Source of the DNA: Conidiobolus incongruus B7586
Lineage: Eukaryota
Length of the DNA: 57,152 nucleotides
NCBI GenBank assembly: GCA_000697335.1
Contig: JNEM01012723.1
Span: forward strand, 1 to 57,152
Direction of reading: 5' to 3'
This document shows positions 50,681-57,152 of this stretch, piece after piece (position 1 is the stretch's first letter; every line of letters begins with the position of its first letter). The notes under the pieces are model-generated. The model ran no database searches and was not told the DNA's origin. It worked only from the letters and a program-made list of their open reading frames with translations. Position numbers and translations under genes: made by a program.

Positions 50681-51043
50681 TAGTGGTAATTAAAATAAAT
50701 AAAATTTTTTAATGTAAATTGAAAGGGTAACTACTGATAAAATGTAAATACATACTAATTTACTGATATAATAATTCATAAACAAATTTATATTTATTGA
50801 CAAATATGTCTAGTGCTGTAGAATTATAAAAATATAAATATATAAACTTATTACCTAGTCATAGATGATAATCAAATATAGAGAATGAAAGCTGAGTTTG
50901 AAAAATAATATATAAATAGAATAGAGCATCGAATTAATTAACAATGTTTCGTTAAAACTGAAGGGGAGGGGATTGATTTCAATGATTAGAGATTCGTGAC
51001 TTGATCCATAACAATAAAATTAGTAAAAAGAATTTTTAATATT

Positions 51044-52441
51044 TTAAGTTTGAGTTCGATAACATTGAATATTTTGTCCATAGTAATAGCATTTCCAATT
51101 TGAAAATTGGTTGAAAACTTTGTTCATTAAGCCAGGATTCCAAGGTTGAAATTTAGTTTTAATTGTAACAAGCTTGAGATTTGGTATCTTTTCAAATTTT
51201 GTCAGAATATCATCACTAATATCCAAGCATTCTATTTCGATGTACTTTAATTCTTCATGAGGATAAAAATAAATACTGATATTTTTAAGACGTGTTGGCC
51301 AATTAATAGCTAAAGATTTCAATTTCGGTAATTTGTTTAGGAGAGAAAAAAATTGATGGACAAATTGAAAAATAAATGTGCAATTTAAGTGTGTTAAATT
51401 TGGGCATGATAAACATATCTTTTGGAATATGTGCCATGTCGATTCAGTAACTAGTCCAAATTTAAGAGATTCTATGGATGACAAGGCAGGGAATGGATAG
51501 TTGGTAAAATCCGATGGTGTGATGTGTGAAAAATCTAATTGTAAATCTTTTAAATTAATGCACGCATCAAGAAATTTGATGCTTTGATCATCAAAACGAT
51601 AGAAATGGGTGGTAAATGATTGAAGGCGGGGGTTAAGAGATAGAAATTCAGGTATAACAAGGACATCATGTTCTGATGTCGTATATGACAAATTACGAAG
51701 ATGAGGAAGGTGCTGAGGAGTGAGGTTGAAACAATTACTACGAATCGTGTCACTAGAATAATGATATTTCAGTTTCATTGGATCTTCGGTCAACTTAGTT
51801 AGGGTCAAAATGCAGTTTTTCCAATCTAAGCTTTTAAGGGAATTTGGAAGTACTAGTTGATTCACAGTGTCTTTTTTGCTTGAGAATGTGATAATCAAAG
51901 TTGTATTCATTTGCAATGACTGTAAATTAGTTAGATGTCTTAATGTACTATTGAAGGCATCTAAAGTAACCCTTGAATTAATAATTATTAAATTTTTTAA
52001 ATGTGAAAATGTTCTGGCTGTATCAAGTAATCGATAGTGATTAGCATTTTGTCCAAAATGTAGAGTTGAGAGATATGGTCGAAAGGGCACCAATTGGGCT
52101 CGAGATTTCGTAAGGTTTGTTCTCAAAGATACAATATTCGAATCGTTTGGGAGGTATTGGAAACTATTGGCTGAAGAATTGTTAGAATCGTGTTTGTTAG
52201 CTAAAATCTGCAGGGTTTCTTCAATTTCAATGTTATCTCGCGGTAAATTTGAATTTTTCTCAGCTAAGAAAATCTCAGATATAGAAGTATGTCCATTAAG
52301 AAACACAGTTCGAAAAGCAGTAGGCTTCAATTTGTATCTTAAAAACTTGGAGACAGTGCTCAATTCAACCAATTTCTCAAGGCTCAAATAAAATTTTAAT
52401 TCTTTCAAGCTAAGTACAAATTGCCAGTCTATATGAGTCAT
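51044..52441 (-). CDS. F-box-like/LRR protein 9, intronless, 465 aa
   Basis: DWQFVLSLKELKFYLSLEKLVELSTVSKFLRYKL; PQHLPHL...EFLSLNPRL; KICLSCPNL; C-terminal NWKCYYYGQNIQCYR. Confidence 0.88.
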   Translation of the reverse strand: MTHIDWQFVLSLKELKFYLSLEKLVELSTVSKFLRYKLKPTAFRTVFLNGHTSISEIFLAEKNSNLPRDNIEIEETLQILANKHDSNNSSANSFQYLPNDSNIVSLRTNLTKSRAQLVPFRPYLSTLHFGQNANHYRLLDTARTFSHLKNLIIINSRVTLDAFNSTLRHLTNLQSLQMNTTLIITFSSKKDTVNQLVLPNSLKSLDWKNCILTLTKLTEDPMKLKYHYSSDTIRSNCFNLTPQHLPHLRNLSYTTSEHDVLVIPEFLSLNPRLQSFTTHFYRFDDQSIKFLDACINLKDLQLDFSHITPSDFTNYPFPALSSIESLKFGLVTESTWHIFQKICLSCPNLTHLNCTFIFQFVHQFFSLLNKLPKLKSLAINWPTRLKNISIYFYPHEELKYIEIECLDISDDILTKFEKIPNLKLVTIKTKFQPWNPGLMNKVFNQFSNWKCYYYGQNIQCYRTQT

Positions 52442-53647
52442 AATAAATTATTAAATATGTTAAAAATTATAATATTGGTCAATTTAATAAGTCCGTAGCA
52501 AAAAGTTTAAGTATTTATTAATGAAGCATAATTAACTTGATTAAAAATAAGTATTATTAACTACAAGTGTTTATTAATTTAAATCTGAGATGGACTAATA
52601 AATTAATCTGCTGGATTAACAATTATGGGTTGATAATCACATGATAAAGTATTTTTCATTTATTGAGAATATAGGTATTTTCAAAATATAATTGTGATTT
52701 GATATTATTCAAATAATAGGATATATACATCACAATAGAATTAATAATTAATTTGAGTTTTATATGAAAATTGAAGGAAATATTAAATTATTAGAAGCAT
52801 TTTTAAACGATCAAAGTAAAACAAAGCATTGTGGATTAAGCCTAAGTCATAAATTTGACTGTTTTCTAGACAAGAACTCAGTAACTATGATAAAACTCAA
52901 TAAAATTTGATGTTTTGAATATTTTACATTATAATTTTATTAGTGAATAGATTTATTGTTTATTTAAATAAAATTACTAAGTTATAATTAAATATTTGAT
53001 AGGAAAATAGGTCAAACATACTGATTGTATATTTAAACCTATTTACCTGATCGAATCCTTGTTCAATATAATTCACACTGATATGATATTTAAGAAGGCA
53101 TATAAATACTTTGGTCTATATTTTGCAAATTATTCGATTCATAAGGACAGTACTCATCAACTTGATTCAAGATTCATGCTTAAATTTAAATATTTGTTAG
53201 ATTCGTTATTAATTAGAGAAAATTTATAATTATGAAAGTGAATTTTTTGATAAACATATCAGGACAAGTACATGATATTTTGTATTAATAATATACAAAT
53301 TTAAACTGTTATCGTTATTAATTTTAATTGAACTATCAAATTTATAATAATGATGTGGTTGATATACAAATTTTTTAAGAGATAGAATACAATATATAAT
53401 ATAAATCATTCTCAAAGTTAAATCCAATATAGTTTAATCTTAATAAAATATTCTTTTAATTCTCTAGATTTCCTTTAAATGTTGGTTTAATTCATTTTTT
53501 TTTGGAAAATCATATTAAAACTTGAAAACTTTTAGTGGAGAAAAACAAATTAATGTATAATATTGGAATAATTTAAATAATAGATTTAAATAAATAACAT
53601 ATAATATTTTATTTTTGAAAATAGGTCAATATTAATGTTATTTTATT

Positions 53648-54640
53648 ATTTATGTTAATTCTATGCGATTGGATATTAATATTGTAATATATACATTAAC
53701 AATTTGGTAAATTTCTACAATATACTTCGATATATGTAACAACCCTTGGGACGAAGTCTAAGTATTAAAGCAATCAATTTCAATTTTACAAGTTTTCATA
53801 CTTGGTCAAATCATAATATTCCACATTTCTTAGATCCGTCTGTAGATACTTCAATTATGGGAGACCTGAAAAATTGAGAGAAAAATCGTGATCCGAGCCA
53901 TTTTCAATCTTGCTCAATTTTTGGAAAAGTGTATTGATGAAATTTTTACACTGTGAGTTATAGTCCAATTGCAATTTGGTTAACTTAATACATGATAGAA
54001 ACAGTTTTACAATTAGAGGGATTACTTCAAAGTAGCAATGTTTAAAACTCAATGAATTTAGAAATGATAATTCTGATAATGTGTGTACTGTGAAATCTTG
54101 AACAAACCTACACTCAATTTCTAGAATCAAATGAGTCAAATTGCTATATTACTGAAGTAATTCAAGTCTTTGGACTTCAAGAGCTCCAACATGAATAGTA
54201 AGGAATTTAATGGCATGATCAAGCGATAAATAATCAAAATCCATGAGAGATGTGCCATTATTGATATTTAATTAGTTTAGTTTTTGGGTAAATATTGAGG
54301 TGGAATTTCGAGATTGCCACTCCAGTTACAACTAACAGAACTATAATACAATTACATTGGATCGTCTTTTGACTGGGATAATAATAAACTACGATTTCGT
54401 ATATGTTAATTTTGTATAGAGTTATGTAATTTCATTAGCTTAATAAATTCTCGAGCTCAAGGAAGCATTATGAAAATATTGTGGCACAAATCCAAAGATT
54501 GTAGACATGTTAAGATGCTTAATATACAAATCAACGGTTATAAAGGTGTGCTATTAAATCAATGTTAAAACTCTTAAAATTTTAATTATTCAGATAATTT
54601 CAAATATATAATAATGATTAAGTGCTCATTCAATAAATGA
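53648..54640 (-). pseudogene. F-box/LRR pseudogene (P8)
   Basis: ORF 53855..54139 (KLFLSCIKLTKLQLDYN...LFQKL) and C-terminal CIYYNINIQSHRI remnant. Stops and frameshifts upstream. Confidence 0.6.
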
Positions 54641-55039
54641 AGCATATAAATTTGGTTGATATATTCTTAATTCCCCTTTATATTGATCAAAATAATTTTT
54701 ACTAAGTGTTTAAGAATTACTTGATTTCAATTGAAGTGTAATTATAATCACTTGGAATTCAAAAAAAATATGAAATTTTTTAATTTTTAATATTTCAAAC
54801 ATATAATTTTTTTCAAAAAAACTATTTATAAAATAAATCACAGAATATATTACTCTAAACTATATATATTGATATATAGTGTTTTTTGCATTAAAAAACA
54901 TCTTTTGAAATATTTTATTTAATTTAATTAAGTTTATATCAAATAATATATAACAAAAGTTTTTTATTTTATTATTTTATAATTTAATTAATGAGAATTT
55001 TTTGTTATTAAAAAAATAAACATTTTAATATATAATATA

Positions 55040-56130
55040 TAAAAATATATATATAATATATAATTATTAATTTTTTTTATTTCTAACAACTTTTTACTAT
55101 ATTTTTAATAAAATTCTAACATTTAAAAAAGGGTTTTTATTAAAGACTAAAATTTGATGTTTTATAAATGAATTAAATTTTCCTCTAGAAATTTTCTTTC
55201 TTGTAAGCTAGTTTTTTAATTCCCTAACACAATTATAATTATATAAGTTATAATCTAAAGAATATACTAGATGTAATAGTTTTTTCTAATTATTTTTGAT
55301 TAAAAAATTATTTACAACTTTAACTTTTTAAATTTTATAATTATTATATAAAATAATAGGTTTTTTGAATTATATTTTGAATACAAATTAACAATAGTTT
55401 TACTTAAAAAACAATATAAAGTTTATTATTAATTGATTTTCCTTTAAAAATTAAATATAAATAGCATATGTTATTATAATATATAACTAAAATTAACATT
55501 TGTTTATTAATAAAATATTTATTTAAAGGAATCTATAAAAGGGGTTAATTTAACTTAATTTAACATCTTGATTTATGTTTTAATAAAAAATTATATAAAA
55601 AGATTTAAAATTCATTAATTATAATAATTTATTATAAAAACTTTGGTTTCTAGTTATACTTTAGTAAATTTTATTTAATAATAGCTATTCTATCTTTTTT
55701 TAAGCTTTAGTTAAATTATAAGATATTTATTTAATATTTTTATAAATTAATTTTAATTTAAATTTTAATATTTATAAAATACTTATATAACTAATATTAA
55801 AATATCATAATAATTTTTCAACTGAAATAAACCAGTATTTTTCAATATATTTTTTCACTTTATTGATAATTAAAAGAAAAACAGTTAAAATTAATTTTTT
55901 AGATTTTGGTAAATTTTAAATAATTTCTTTTTTAATTTTAAAGTAATTTATCTAGTATTATATTGTTGATTTAGATAATACTTTATTATTAAAAGCTATT
56001 TGTAAATTTTAAATATACTAACTTATAAAAGTAAGTGATAAAATTAAAATTACTTATATATTTACTTATATCTTAAATAATTTTTAATTAAATAAATTTA
56101 AATTAAAATATATAATTTATCTTTATTAAT
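55040..56130 (-). mobile_element. Mutated mariner (DD34D) relic, copy B
   Basis: Same-orientation collinear match to 26330-27330 over about 1 kb (shared 'gaatatactagatgt', 'aattaacatttgtttat', 'tttaacttaa..taacatcttg'). Minus frame ...K*ISYNLTKA is the decayed W-I-P-H-x-L motif. Confidence 0.85.
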
Positions 56131-56634
56131 TGATTATAACTAACTATATTTAATTATATTTCATTAATTATTGGTTAATATATTAAAACCTAAAATTTAA
56201 CTAAGATAAGTTATAAATTTATAAGTTTATATATTAAAAAGATATGAATAACAAAACTTATATATATTTTCTTTTTTTTATTATATTATATATATTATAA
56301 AACTATTAAGCTAATATTTTAAAATTAATATTATAATGTTTAAATCTTTCTCTAAAAAAGTTTATTTATATATTAATCAATTTACAATAAAAACAAATTA
56401 ACTTGTGAGATTACTAGAATTATTAGTGTTAATTAATCTATTATAGCTAGGGTTATTAAGAATAATGTTAAAGAAATACTTAAACTAAAACTTAAATGAA
56501 TTAAAATTATAAATAAGCATAATAAAAAATATATTTATAGATTAGTTAATATAGGTAAATATAATACTATTGTAAAAATATAACAAGAATTATAAAACTA
56601 TAGAAGAATATTAATTAGTACTAATATTATTATA

Positions 56635-57152
56635 CACTGACCTGCAAAAGTGAGTCATAAAATCAAAAACACCTATATTTTTACTAATAACTTGATTAAT
56701 ATTTAATGAAATAAACTTAAATTAAATAATTAAAATCTATTATATTTATTAGTTATATATATCATTAAATGATGATATTTAGCTATTAATTGGCTAAAAT
56801 ATAAACCCTTAAATTTTACCTAAGGTGAGTCATAAATTTGTGGGTTTTTGGTGATAAAAAAAAATTAAAACCTAGTGTATCCACCTTTAGCTTTTCTAAC
56901 TTCTTTAAGTCTGTGGGGCATAGAATCAACTAACTTCTTACACTAGGAAGGGTTAATCTTGTTCCATGCTTCTTGAACATATTCCCAAAGTTGATCTAAA
57001 TTTTTTGCTGGGGGGAAAGCTTTGATAGCTTTTTTTAACTGATCCCAAAGGTGTTCAATTGGATTAAGGTTAGGAGATTGAGGAGGCCACTTCATAACTG
57101 TTATCTTGTTATTTTTAAGCCATTTGGTAGTAGAAGCTGTAGTATGGCAAGA
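56635..57152 (-). mobile_element. Tc1-like (DD34E) transposon, 3' end, truncated by the window edge; transposase pseudo-ORF 56865..>57152
   Basis: Minus strand reads SCHTTASTTKWLKNNKITVMKWPPQSPNLNPIEHLWDQLKK...WEYVQEAWNKINPS*CKKLVDSMPHRLKEVRKAKGGYTRF* (Tc1 motifs WPxQSPDLNPIE, SMPxR, GGxT). Terminus TA|CACTGACCTGCAAAAGTG at 56633-56652. Confidence 0.92.

Noticed and set aside
1..57152. CRISPR array, prokaryotic operon or defence island
   Set aside because: No regularly spaced direct repeats; spliceosomal introns, ARP2 and a eukaryotic tRNA-Val(AAC) show this is a eukaryotic nuclear locus.

Overview
This is very AT-rich eukaryotic DNA with 52-70 nt GT-AG introns. It is most likely an early-diverging fungus such as Conidiobolus (Entomophthoromycotina); that taxonomy is an inference from composition, intron size and gene family. 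The window is dominated by a birth-and-death tandem array of F-box-like + leucine-rich-repeat (RNI-like) genes: 9 intact-looking genes and about 8 pseudogenes. They lie on the + strand from 5-42 kb and on the - strand from 49-55 kb, converging on a small island with ARP2, tRNA-Val(AAC) and a paraoxonase-like gene that appears to lack its catalytic residues. Five central paralogs are only about half identical by eye, yet all have an exon 2 of exactly 1070 nt. Most array genes share a bipartite upstream motif (ATCCCA[TC]A ... RGTCAC). The 'empty' AT-rich spacers hide five copies of a DD34D mariner transposase, missed by the ORF track because they are saturated with C>T and G>A transitions. Many of these fall in CpA/TpG context with the frame largely preserved, a RIP-like signature. 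Four of the five copies sit just 5' of array pseudogenes. Also present are a less decayed Tc1-like element with IR/DR-type ends and no CpG (right edge), and an unidentified three-copy dispersed repeat. All alignments and counts were done by eye; pseudogene and transposon boundaries are approximate.
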